64,000 nucleotides of DNA, taken from Macrostomum lignano. Its lineage: Eukaryota. The DNA lies in NCBI GenBank assembly GCA_002269645.1, contig NIVC01000063.1, positions 1 through 64,000 of the forward strand, written 5' to 3'. Shown here one piece after another: positions 1-12,050 of the stretch. The notes below the pieces were generated by a model. That model made no database searches, was not told the DNA's origin, and worked only from the letters and a program-made list of their open reading frames with translations. Within the stretch, counting starts at the first letter, position 1; each line of letters begins with the position of its first letter. The position numbers were made by a program, and so were the translations under genes.

Positions 1-282
1 CACATACTCGTAGGGCGCTTTGTGCGAGCACAAATCCCAAAAAGTTAAGCCTTGTCCAGTGTCCATGACTCATTTTTCGATCCTCAATCTTTTTTTCAAA
101 AATATACCGAGGCAAATTTCAATCGCCTGCTCGAAGGTAAAAAAGTTTCAAAGTTTCCCATCTTCTCAGACAGAAGATCAGAATACTGAACGTCTTTATG
201 TTTAAATCGGCAAGTACAGTGCAAAAACTGTCTCTGCATTGATGCTTCCAGAGACGCTCGTTAATTAGTCGCAGTCGTTTCG

Positions 283-733
283 TCAACGGCCGTTCCAATC
301 ATGGAGGCGTTGTAGTTCTTTACCAGATCGGCCCGGTTGAAACACCACGGCGTAGACCTTGGGCAGGAACAGGATGCTCACCGCGAACAGGTTGGTGAAC
401 AGCAGAACGAAGACCAGCAGAGCGCCTGCTGACGTCAGCGAGGCCATCGTGACGAGGCTGGGAATGAAGGCGATCCACACGAAGGTGGCGCACGCCGTGA
501 AGGCCAGGATGCACTTGCTGTCGTGGAAATTGTCCGCAGGCTGCGAACTCGCACGGCCAGCGAGCACGTGACCAGCATGAGCAGCAGGTTGAGCGCGTAG
601 GGAATCCACAGGCTGCTGGAGAAGTAGTCGCACTGGAACTCCACGACGGTCTGGCGTCGGATCGGAGGCCGTTGAGCAGCAGCTTGATGGGGCGGATCGG
701 ACGCGTACTGAGAACGCTGCACAGGAGCACCAC
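283..733 (-). pseudogene. Class C GPCR copy A, exon 2 (TM4-TM7 and short C-tail), with two 1-bp deletions
   Basis: Near-identical to exon 2 of copies B and C. Acceptor CTCAG|GTGGTG at 734/733; TGA at 283-285. Single-base losses versus B and C at ~648 and ~536 split the frame across ORFs 320..733, 435..722 and 283..633. Confidence 0.85.
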
Positions 734-1456
734 CTGAGGTTTAGAGAAGAAAGCTACATCAATGTTTTAGAGCAGCTCGATTCATTCCGATCTCAGCACA
801 CACACTCAGCAACATGTTAGAGAATTCCCGCTCCAAAACCAGCGATTAAACTTCTCTCAGATCTCAGCCCCAAGTGACGCAATTCACGCCACTCCGCGGC
901 TCTCGACTCAACTGTGGATGAGGCAATTTGCGCCACAATTGGCCCCAGCTTCCGCTGTTGAGGAGAGAATGGAGAGTTATGGCTAAGAGGTTGGATTAAT
1001 GCCCGTCTCATCTTTGCATTAGCGTGAACTAGGTGTAGTATAATGGCATCTGTGCTGGGCAAACTGCAAATGCAATGCACTTGTTTAGTCTTTTGTGTTT
1101 GCCTCCATTTCTCTTAGGCTCTTTTGTGAGCCTGGAGTGGAATGGGTGTTAGCCATCCACCCCTCGCGCGGTACATTGTGCCGCCTTTGTGCTCCGTCCT
1201 CTCTACCCCCCGTGGGGTGGGGGGGGGGGTTGCTCACCCGCTTATTTATTTGCACGCCGCCCTCTGTGCCCGTCGCTCGCTTTGGCTTTGCAGCTTAAGA
1301 TGTATTTCAGAATTAGTTCAACTAGATTTTGAAGTTCTCGTGAAAACTACATTGTGCTGAAACATTGGCCGCTCTCCTACTATAAATTCAACCGAGACCA
1401 CAGAATACTGTCACCCAGACCGTCTCAGTGACCCGGGAAATGTAGGTAGTTCTGCA

Positions 1457-1730
1457 CAGGGGCGTACAGGGGGGACAGGCAGGACATGTCCCCCTAGTAA
1501 AAGCAGTCTTTTGACCTGTTGTGAAAATAAATATTGCAATAATAGTGTTTCAGGGTGCTAAAATATACGAGTAGCACATGCGGCACCAAAATAAGTGCCT
1601 GCGGCGCTAAAATGAGTTCCTGTGTCGCCAAAATGAGCGCTGACAACACCGATTTTATTTAGTCATGTGCATCTACATGTAAAATTTTTGTTTTTTTTGC
1701 CCCCAATATGAAATCAATTGCAACCCCCTG
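1457..1730. mobile_element. hAT-like MITE in the intron of GPCR copy A
   Basis: CAGGGG...CCCCTG termini; flanks GTTCTGCA / GTTCTTTA match at 6 of 8 positions (degenerate TSD); internal GCGGCAC/GCGGCGC subrepeats. Confidence 0.55.
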
Positions 1731-2164
1731 GTTCTTTAATAACCGTTAGTTGGAAATAAAGCTGCAATGATAAAAAAGTAACTATTGTCTATCCCTCAGC
1801 GATCTCGTGGGCTAGACTTTCAATTTCGTATCACTAGTAGAGATGCTATACTGCAGAGCTGCATATATCGAGTCATTACATATAAAGCCAAGATCTAAGC
1901 CTAAACTATCGTATAACAATCGAGATGTAAAAAGTCCAAATGTTTTCTGACTGATCATTACTCCGCGCAGCCGATTGAATTCCTAATTGCAACTGGATCC
2001 CACTGACAAAAAATTGAACGGCACAACGGGTAGACAGATTATTGCAGAAAGAAAGGAGAGTTTTTCATGTACTCTAATATACCATCAATATTGATACTGT
2101 CGAAGTCTGTGGACAAAAAACTAGATAAGCATTTGGATCGATGCTTTAGCAGAAAAAAACTCAC

Positions 2165-4213
2165 CTGCAACAGGCAAACTACGATTGTCATCACAACCAC
2201 AGCTTTACGCCCGGTAAAGCTGAGTCCAGATGCGCCGCGCATGGAGCCCACGAACACGCGGTAGATCCGAGCGCTCTTGGTCAGCAGAGCCGCGTACACC
2301 ATCGTGAGGCTGAAGTGGTACAGAAACGCCTGCACGTTGCACACGGTGAGCGACGGCTCGCCGAAGAACAGCGCCACGTCGACGAGTCCGAGCTGGATGC
2401 CGACCTGTTGGAACACGCTCAGCTCTAGCGAGGACGCCTTCAGCAGCGGCACGTTCGACCTGGCCAAGAAGAACACTCCGGTCGCCATGGTGACCGCAGA
2501 GCGAGCGCCGACACGCCGATGAACACGATGCCGCTAGTGTCGCTCGGTCGGAGGACGGTCAGCGCGAGCGGCTCGCAGCGAGAGTAGTTCGAGCTCGGCC
2601 AGGTAAGCGAGGCGCACTTCTCGCACAACGTACCGTTCGACCCTACGATCTCGTCGGAGCTGCACGGTCTGCACACCCAGCAGCACTTGCTCACCTGCAC
2701 TCGGTACTCGCGATTGCCGCACGGTAGAGAGCACACACTCGTTGGTACGAGCGTTGGTAAGTCGCGTCTCCAAGCCACGAGATCAGGCTTCGATTCATGC
2801 TGAGACCGTGCTCAGAGCTCCACACACCGACAGTCACTCTCGAGCTCACCTGTTTGCTGCTCTGGTAGAGCACAACATAGGAAGCGGGACCGTTTCCGTT
2901 GCTGTCGAGCTTCACCTCTCCCGTGTAGCCGGTGAAGTTCGTTCGGTACAGCTGCCTCAGCAGCAGCGGTCCGGTCACGCACTGCAGCAGCGCCGACTTG
3001 TTCAGCCTCGGCTCCAGGCTGGTCGCGCACTCCGACCTGGCCACCGCGTCGATCGCGTGGCGAACAAGAGAAACGCGTCCAGCATCCGAGCGACTGGAGC
3101 GACAATGCTGGACGGGGTGAAGCTGCTCGACTCGGACACTCGACGAGACGAGTTCGTAGTGCAACAAGCACACGTTGAGCAGTTCATCAGCTGATCAAAC
3201 ATGATTGCACCGTTGTACATCTTAGAGAGGTCAGAGTAGGTAAGGTTCAGGTACCACTGCATCAAGTCGGGTGTTGGGAACAGGCTGAAGTAGACAGTAA
3301 AAGATGCGTTCGCATAGGCATTGGTGTTATAACCCGTATCGCTAAAGATCAGAATAATGCCAGCCTTGCCAAGAACACTAAAAATATTCTCCGAGGTTCT
3401 GCTGACCGAGTTGAGCCACACCACAGCTTTCATATTCTGCTGAGACTCCACTGTTTCCAGGATCTCGCTGTCCTGTGTTGCGCCAGTGATTGGTATGATG
3501 AAGGCCAAGCAGGCCTCTGGAAATCTAATTGGCAGGCTTGACGAAAACTGTAGGGCTATGTTGGTGAAGTATAAGTTGCTGGCGTCATACACTACGCCGA
3601 TGTAGGTCCAGTCGAACTCGCGAGCCAGGTCTATCATGACGACGGCCTGGTAGGAGTCCGGACTCACCAGCCTGACCACATTGGGAAATCGTGTGCGGTC
3701 GCTAAGCGAGTCGCTGCTGCACTCCGTGCCGACCATGGGCACTTTGAATGGCTGCAAAGCGAACGAAAGAACCTGCGTCTCCGCGCTTGACCAGCCTCCT
3801 ACAACTCCGTGCAAAGGCCTCTTCGAGCTGCTGGCAGGCCATGAGGTGCCGTTGCAGCCGCTAGGAATGCCGGTATCAGGCGAGTGACTTTTCCAGGCCG
3901 GGGATACTCGATTGGCGGCCTCAATGGCCACCGTCTCCTTGTAGCAGGTCTCCAGAAAGGCCAAGCCCAGACTAATGTTGTTTGCACCGAACAGCAGATC
4001 CGGCCGAGTTTGAATTTTCTCCCGAATGAACCAGGGTAGAATCTGTCTCAGTAAGGCTGCTTCAGTGAGGCTGCTCGGACACTGGCCGGTGCCGTGCAGA
4101 AGGCCGATTGTGATGTCACCGGGCATGCAGTATCCATCGACAGCCTGGCAAACTGGTGTACGCTGTAGTCCCAGCAGTAGAAGTGACAGGATAATCACAC
4201 CTTTTGATCGCAT
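2165..4213 (-). pseudogene. Class C GPCR copy A, exon 1 (signal peptide, Venus flytrap, Cys-rich domain, TM1-TM4), frameshifted or mis-sequenced
   Basis: ORF 3002..4213 has a signal peptide and VFT motifs (GGWSS, LSDRTRFPNVVRLVSPDSYQA, WTYIG). Continuation in shifted frames gives CSLPC...CCWVC...CEKC...C and TM1-4. 1-bp deletions versus B and C at ~3060, ~2748 and ~2502. Donor CAG|GTGA at 2165/2164. Confidence 0.9.
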
Positions 4214-5889
4214 GCTTTTACCTGTTTTTTTGAGCGGTTAGTTTTTACACTTAGTTATGACGAAGATAAATGCGCCATGAGAAAGCCCCGGCTCAAAGTC
4301 AAGGCGTCACGTTTTATATCTAGAGCGTTTTATCCACTTTGTCACGCGAATCACCTTTTTATTAAGCGCAATAATCACTGCCATAATCCGCTCCTTTTTC
4401 TCGATGGGAACTCATTCTTCGCAAAGAAAGACTGGTAGCGCCACTTTCTATTGTGATTGTTTCGTCCCCGTCCAAAAGGGTGGAGTCTTGAGCCAAAATC
4501 GGGGTGCAGGGTCTGCATCTGCTCAATTTTTTGTGTAGATTGCGGTATACACGAGAGGATAGATTACAATGGATACTCGTATGGCTATTTATATTCGAAG
4601 ATATCATACGTGATTACATTGAATTTAAAAAAGGCTTGTTACTCATGCAAAAACTGTCAGGCAAAAAGCAAGGCTGTCTGCCACAGAGAGACTTACCGAT
4701 TGTTGTTAGCAAAAAAAACGCAGCGGACTGCATGACTCGAACCCAGGCGAATCCCTCACTGGTTGGGAAATCCTGTGGGATTTAGTGTTATACCTGACTA
4801 ATCTCTTGTTCGGGAGATGGAGGCAGCAAATGGGCCTTGCCCCACTCACTTGCCGGGTGAACTCATTGGCTGGCGAAGGAATGTGTAATGACGTCTCAAA
4901 GTCTGTTTCGAGACTAACAGTTTATCATTTTACCTTCTCAGATTTTAATCCGCTCTTGGCCAGAAAAAACCCATGTTCAGATTATTGAAATCTTTTCGAA
5001 TACCTTTAAGCCAGATTTAATATATATATATTACAGTCTTCTAGCTTTGCTTTCTTTAAAAAATCTGAATTTAATTGAAAAACATTTGAGCAGCTGATGG
5101 GTGCATCACTTGGACTTGGATAATTGCCATCCAAGTCTACATTGTACGAGCGTCTATTGTCTAGTGTATCTCACTTCTCGTAGAATGTATCGATTTCTTT
5201 GAGTTTTTGCTTGTTACAGTTATTTCCAAGCCGGAAAAGTAACTAAATCGTAGTAAGCATTTGCTCTTTACTCTTGAGGGTTGGGAGAGCAGATTAAGCA
5301 AACAGAAAAACCTGCCTAAACTGAACTCTCAAATGCCATGCGGAGTCGTGAAAGCTGAGCTCTGAAACATCCGATGAAATCGTTAGCATACGGCCTGCAT
5401 GTATGCAAGTCTTCACCTCGGGTATTGAGATGCGAATTTGATACAACTTGGTGTCGTTAATCTCTCAAAAGTCGATGTCTATCGAATGCATCGATTCCAT
5501 TCGCAGAGAGATTGCTTTCAAACACAAGGATATCATTGAGTAAATGAGCGCTCTTTACGATCGAACGCTAAGACTAATCAAACTAATGATGCTTGAGTCT
5601 CGAATTCGCAAGATAAGGATTCGAGCTCAAGAGCTCTCTTTAACTTTCGTAAGCTAGCTGGCGGTAGCCTTAGCAAGGTTGGGCTTAGCGCGTATTGATT
5701 TGTATACTTGTCAACATTACGCAATCGGCCATCAAAGTAGAAGGACTCTGCAGATTTCCTTGGAGGAGTCGGTTTTCGGCTGACAAAATATGCATTAACA
5801 AGATTTCTTATTTCAACTTTGGCAGTCAATAGGCAGTTTATGGACTTCCGAATTGCATATGGAGGTGTGGCCAAAAAATAACCAGAATT

Positions 5890-6250
5890 TTACTTCTGAT
5901 GTCAGTTTTAAATGCACTCCTGGAAGCCCTCCGTCGATATGTCTCCTAATACGCGTACCAGTCTTACCAGTCTTAGGAAATGATGTTTCAGCCTAACATT
6001 GCGGCATTGAACGTGCTTCGTGCGCTGGTGCATTGTCGTGATGCAGCAACCAGGGCATTGTGCTCCTACTGTTAACGTCAAACCCGCCGCATGCTCAACA
6101 TCAACCTCTCGAGGACTTCGCGATAAAAGTGCCGATTCATTGTGACACAAACTCTTGATGTGATCTCGTTTCGCTTTTCCATGATGTGATATACATGTAG
6201 GGCTTCATTGACAAACTGTTTCTAGATCTGTCTAGAAGCATTATACTAAA
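5890..6250 (-). mobile_element. Degenerate mariner-family transposase remnant
   Basis: Minus-strand fragments read HQEFV, TMNRHFYREVLER, WLLHHDNAPAH (6015-6052) and GDISTEGFQEC, the order expected in mariner DD34D transposases. Broken by stops, frameshifts and deletions. Confidence 0.75.
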
Positions 6251-6960
6251 GTGATACCAAATTTTGTTTGCAAACGTTGTTTGCTTCCTGCTCCCCGGTA
6301 GAATTTCATAAAAATTAGTTCGGCAAACATGCGATGCAATCATTGATACGCTCGTACCTCACCCAGCTCGTGTGAATTTAAGATTGGTACAGGCTTGTAA
6401 ACTGACTAGGGGATTTGCCGTACAATCCACAGCCATATCATGAGGGCCAGCCTCCAGAGTGCACATGCCTGACGATCATGGCATGTGTACACCCCGTGTG
6501 AGCGTGCGTGCCTGCGTGTTGGAGTATTGGCGCGCTTGCGTGTGCTCAGGAGTCAGAGGAATGGGGCAGAATTGTTTGCAGCTCTGGCTGTGGGTCGTTG
6601 CGCGAGGGTGTCCGCAGCCCTCCTGGGAATATTATTTGCTATTAAACGTACTATTTCGCTCCAATTGCAGTCCAGAAGTCCAGGATGCGACAAATCGACA
6701 AATAAAGCGATGGGTTTTCAGTGAAGATCGCACAGTGCAAGAGTGTAGCTAATGCAGCCTTCTGCTTTACTTGTCAATGGTTGATGTAGTAGCTGGCATT
6801 CCTCTCTTTTTGAATCTGTTGGTAGTAATAGGTATAGCATTTTTACATTTATTTTTGCATGATTTTACTGATTGGATGAGAACTCACACGAGATATCAGA
6901 AGAGCTTTGAACTCACATTACTCTCGTAGCTACAGTTAGTGTACTTTTAGTGTTGCTTAA

Positions 6961-7187
6961 GGGGTTGTAAGCCTAGTGGTTAGAGTGTCGGACTCACGAC
7001 TGAGAGCTTCAGTTCACCCATCTGTAAACTGAGTGCCAGCATTAGCTGGGGTAGTCGAGGGTGTGTGTGGCGACCCCCCAGTCCTTGGACTGAACAGCCG
7101 TACGCAGCCTTCAGATGCGCCGCGCAATAGCTGCGGCTGAGCTGTCGGTTGCACATCTGCCCACTAGGGCAGGTATAATAATAAAAG
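6961..7187 (+). mobile_element. tRNA-derived SINE copy (B-box region deleted)
   Basis: A-box-like CCTAGTGGTTAGAG head; body shared with the copy at 36613-36874; ends in ATAATAATAAAA. Confidence 0.75.
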
Positions 7188-7708
7188 TTTACTTCAAAAA
7201 ATCTCAGAGATCCGACGGTGAGATCTCATCCTACTCTCTTATATAACCGATATGGATATCCGGCGCCACGGATTGGGCCGGCCGCGTGGCGTTCATTCGC
7301 GAACTGGCCTTGAGGTGTGCCCTGTGACGCTGAACGCGTATTCTATTGTTGTAGTTGTTATAATCGATATCGATTTTCAAACCAAGCTCGGTGCCTTTCT
7401 TTCTATGTACTTTTACTGTACATTTGTGTTTTGCACAATGATCTTTATTTGTTTAAATTCTTGTTCATTACTGTATTTCTTCGGTAGCATACCATAGTAA
7501 TACAATAATGTACACTAAGAAACCTTGACGAGATCTCAACGAAAATTAGCATAAGTACATTATCGAGTTAATGGCACTCTCGGAATGATTAAATCTATAA
7601 TCTCCTTTCAGATCTCAACAGAGATCTCATAACCTCCACCCTCTCAGCCTAAATCAAAGATTAGGAATTGACTCTGGCTACTAAACAATAATTTGTCTTG
7701 ATATCCTT

Positions 7709-7928
7709 GAAATCCCCATGACTGAAATCCCCGTGACTGAACTCCCCGTGACTGGAATCCCGTGACTGAAATCCCCGTGACTGAACTCCCCGTGACTGAA
7801 CTCCCCGTGACTGAAATCCCCGTGACTGAACTCCCCGTGACTGAAATCCCCGTGACTGAAATCCCATCATTGAAATCCTGGTGATTGAAATCCCAAAGAC
7901 TCAAATCCCTGTGACTGAAAAGCCCCGG
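7709..7928. repeat. 15-bp minisatellite (TGACTGAA[A/C]TCCCCG)n, ~14 units
   Basis: Tandem units seen directly; the array decays at its 3' end. Confidence 0.9.
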
Positions 7929-8323
7929 CTAAGGAACGCTGTGTATGGCCATTGCTCAACCAATCAGGTAAATGTCGAGACCGCACTAGCAAACACGCAC
8001 TAGCATGCATACAATTAAAATGGACCTGCTGATGTCGCATCAGATTGAAGCTAATTGCTGGATGAGGACGCTTACTAGGCCACACGATAACTGCGTAAGT
8101 GAACTGTCAATCTGGAGTAATTACTTCGCTCCTAAATCGTTGCTAAAATTATAGTCCAATTTTTCAGACACGTACTACAGTGATTCTCGTAGGAACTCTA
8201 CCGTGACTTTTACTTAGAAAGTGGATTTGTATGAAACTTAACATGAAAAGGTTTTACCAAGGTTATAGATTGCGTAACCTTGGCTTCTGCTACATAGGTC
8301 TGTTTCTAAAAGCAATTCAGAGA

Positions 8324-9226
8324 TAGCTTGCGTCCCCCCTTTAGCTGGCGCCCCCTCTGTAGCTGGCGCCCCCTTTGTAGCTGGCGCCCCCTCTGTAGCT
8401 TGCGCCCCCTCTGTAGCTGGCGCCCCCTCTGTAGCTGGCGCCCCCTTTGTAGCTTGCGCCCCCTCTGTAGCTGGCGCCCCCTCTGTAGCTGGCACCCCCT
8501 CTGTAGCTGGCGCCCCCTCTGTAGCTGGCGCCCCCTTTGTAGCTGGCACCCCCTCTGTAGCTGGCGCCCCCTCTGTAGCTGGCACCCCCTCTGTAGCTGG
8601 CACCCCCTCTGTAGCTGGCACCCCCTCTGTAGCTGGCGCCCCCTCTGTAGCTGGCGCCCCCTTTGTAGCTGGCACCCCCTCTGTAGCTGGCGCCCCCTCT
8701 GTAGCTGGCACCCCCTCTGTAGCTGGCACCCCCTCTGTAGCTGGCACCCCCTCTGTAGCTGGCGCCCCCTGTAGCTGGCGTCCCCCCTTTAGCTTGCGCC
8801 CCCTCTGTAGCTGGCGCCCCCTCTGTAGCTGGCGCCCCTCTGTAGCTGGCGTCCCCTCTGTAGCTGGCGCCCCCTCTGTAGCTGGCGCCCCCTTTGTAGC
8901 TGGCACCCCCTCTGTAGGTGGCACCCCCTCTGTAGCTGGCGTCCCCCCTTTAGCTTGCGTCCCCTCTGTAGCTGGCGTCCCCTCTGTAGCTGGCACCCCC
9001 TCTGTAACTGGCACCCTTTCTGTAGCTGGCACCCCCTCTGTAGCTGGCACCCCCTCTGTAGCTGGCACCCCCTCTGTAGCTGGCACCCCCTTTGTAGCTG
9101 GCGCCCCCTCTGTAGCTGGCACCCCCTTTGTAGCTGGCGCCCCCTCTGTAGCTGGCACCCCCTCTGTAGCTGGCACCCCCTTTGTAGCTGGCGCCCCCTC
9201 TGTAGCTGGCACCCCCACTGTAGCTG
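8324..9226. repeat. 18-bp minisatellite (TGTAGCTGGC[G/A]CCCCCTC)n, ~50 units
   Basis: Tandem units seen directly; lies between the divergently oriented GPCR copies A and B. Confidence 0.95.
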
Positions 9227-9995
9227 ACGGATTCGACCTTGTGATCCAGATGGAAATATCATATTTTTGTCATGAAATGAAGAATTTTTAATTGCTCAAG
9301 TAATATAATCTTCGTGCCATGTCGATTAAAATTCACCGGGGCAGCTGAAGATGCCACAGGCAATTTGAGGATGAAATGAAACGAAAGATTTTGCAATTAG
9401 CACCCAGCATTTTGGCACAGGCAATTAAATGGATGCCTTGATTTTAGGGCTAATTAGCTTTTAGCCCGGAGGAAACTGCTGCGCATGGCTGCTGTCTCTG
9501 GATGCCTCTGGCTAACAAATAACTTCAAAATGGAACTGAGATTTTGATGGAAGCTAAAAAATGATCGATGAAATGGAACAGCGAGAAAGCAGGACATGGT
9601 GGTCCCTGCTAACAAGGCAAATTTGTCTGTCAATGCTTATTACACTTGTTCAATATTTCATGACAACTAGCTGCCTTAAGCGTCATACTCCTCGACACTA
9701 TTAAGATTTAAGTCAGATATGAAACACTCGTACATACTTTAGCTATCGTCGAAAGAAAACTAAGTCCAAAGTTTATAATTAGCATAAATAAAAAATCTGA
9801 GTGAAAATTTATGCCCGCTTGAATTCGCTTTAAGATCTGGCACTATGATGAGGAAGGAGTCTCACTAATTACGGTTTTCTTACTTTCCTCCCCATTACAA
9901 AGGCAAAGAAATTGGACTTCTGAAACTTCAACGGTCGAATAGGTTACCACCATTAATCAGGCAACTTCAAAGCGTCAAAAATACCAACGACTCGG

Positions 9996-12050
9996 ATGCT
10001 TTCCTCTGTCCTATGGGTGCTGCTAATTTGGTTCTCAGTAGCGACGGCAGACGACACGCCGAAAGCAGACGGCTACTGCCAAGCAGGAGACTTCATGCTG
10101 GTCGGACTGCACGGATCGAGCTATTGCACTGGCCACCCAACGGAGTCCGAGTACCTGCGTCAGGTTGCGCCCCATTTCTTACGAAGAAAGTTGGCAGAGA
10201 AGCCGGGCACAATATTCAGCCAGAGTGAAAACCTCACTTTAGGAGTCGTTTTTCTCGACACCTGCTACTCCGAGGCTAAAGGTGCCGCTGTTGCGAGTCG
10301 AGTTCGAGCTGCTTGGAGACGTCCAGCTCTGTTGGAAACTGGAGACCGGTGCAGTATGCTCAATGGCATCGATCCCGACCCGGTGTATTTAGTGCACGGC
10401 GTGATCGGCGGCTGGTCCAGCGCTGTCACACAGACGATGCTGTTCCCGTTGCAGAATGAAGCTCTGCCCACAGTCGGAACCGAGTGCAGCAGCGACTCGC
10501 TCAGCGATCGAGTTCGGTTTCCCAACTTTGTACGACTGGTGAGTCCGGACTCATATCAAGCGATGGTGATCATTGACCTGCTCCGCGAGTTCAACTGGAC
10601 GTACATCGGTCTGCTCTACGATCCAGGAAGTGTCTACAATACAAACATCGCTCTTCAGTTGTCATCCAGTCTTCCAGGCCGATTTCCTAGCGCCTGTTTT
10701 GCGTTCATTATTCCGATGACTAGCAACACAGAACCAATGGAATTAAAAGAGGCTATAAAACAGAAGCCAAACTTGCGAGCTCTGATTTGGCTGAAGGACG
10801 TTAATGACAACTTGAAAAGCGTCGACTTACTACAAGCAGTTGAAAGGACTGGAGTGTTTGTCATAATGGCGGATGAGAACTACAATCAAAATATCTATAC
10901 AAACAACTCATTCACCGTCTACTTCAATATGTTCCCAACACCCGACTTGATGCAGTGGTACCTGAACCTTACCTACTCTGACCTCTCTAAGATGTACAAC
11001 GGTGCAATCATGTTTGATCAGCTGATGAACTGCTCAACGTGTGCCTGTTGCACTACGAACTCGTCTCGTCGAGTGTCCGAGTCGAGCAGCTTCACCCCGT
11101 CCAGCATTGTCGCTCCAGTCGCTCGGATGCTGGACGCGTTTCTCTTATTCGCCCACGCGATCGACGCGGTGGCCAGGTCGGAGTGCGCGACCAGCCTGGA
11201 GCCGAGGCTGAACAAGTCGGCGCTGCTGCAGTGCGTGACCGGACCGCTGCTGCTGAGGCAGCTGTACCGAACGAACTTCACCGGCTACACGGGAGAGGTG
11301 AAACTCGACAGCAATGGAAACGGTCCCGCTTCCTATGTTGTGCTCTACCAGAGCAGCAAACAGGTGAGCTCGAGAGTGACTGTCGGTGTGTGGAGCTCTG
11401 AGCACGGTCTCAGCATGAATCGAAGCCTGATCTCGTGGCCTGGAGACGCGAGCGACCAACGCTCGGTACCAACGAGTGTGTGCTCTCTACCGTGCGGCAA
11501 TCGCGAGTACCGAGTGCAGGTGAGCAAGTGCTGCTGGGTGTGCAGACCGTGCAGCTCCGACGAGATCGTAGGGTCGAACGGTACGTTGTGCGAGAAGTGC
11601 GCCTCGCTTACCTGGCCGAGCTCGAACTACTCTCGCTGCGAGCCGCTCGCGCTGACCGTCCTCCGACCGAGTGACACTAGCGGCGTCGTGTTCATCGGCG
11701 TGTCGGCGCTCGGCTCTGCGGTCACCATGGCGACCGGAGTGTTCTTCTTGGCCAGGTCGAACGTGCCGCTGCTGAAGGCGTCCTCGCTAGAGCTGAGCGT
11801 GTTCCAACAGGTCGGCATCCAGCTCGGACTCGTCGACGTGGCGCTGTTCTTCGGCGAGCCGTCGCTCACCGTGTGCAACGTGCAGGCGTTTCTGTACCAC
11901 TTCAGCCTCACGATGGTGTACGCGGCTCTGCTGACCAAGAGCGCTCGGATCTACCGCGTGTTCGTGGGCTCCATGCGCGGCACATCTGGACTGAAATTCA
12001 CAGGGCGAAGGGCCGTAATAGTCTTGACAATTGCAGTTTGTATGTTGCAG
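9996..12050 (+). CDS. Class C GPCR copy B, exon 1 (mGluR/CaSR-like; 837 aa when spliced)
   Basis: ATG at 9996 with signal peptide, VFT, 9-Cys domain (PTSVCSLPC...CCWVCRPC...CEKC...C) and TM1-4. Phase-0 donor CAG|GTGAGA at 12050/12051. Confidence 0.95.

Noticed and set aside
5908-6150. HQRTKHV...HHFLR resembling copia RNase H
   Set aside because: The alternative frame gives the much stronger mariner motifs WLLHHDNAPAH and NRHFYREVLER.
8238-9291. ATEGAP-repeat mucin-like ORFs
   Set aside because: Open in several frames on both strands, with no signal peptide or unique domain; explained by an 18-bp stop-free unit.
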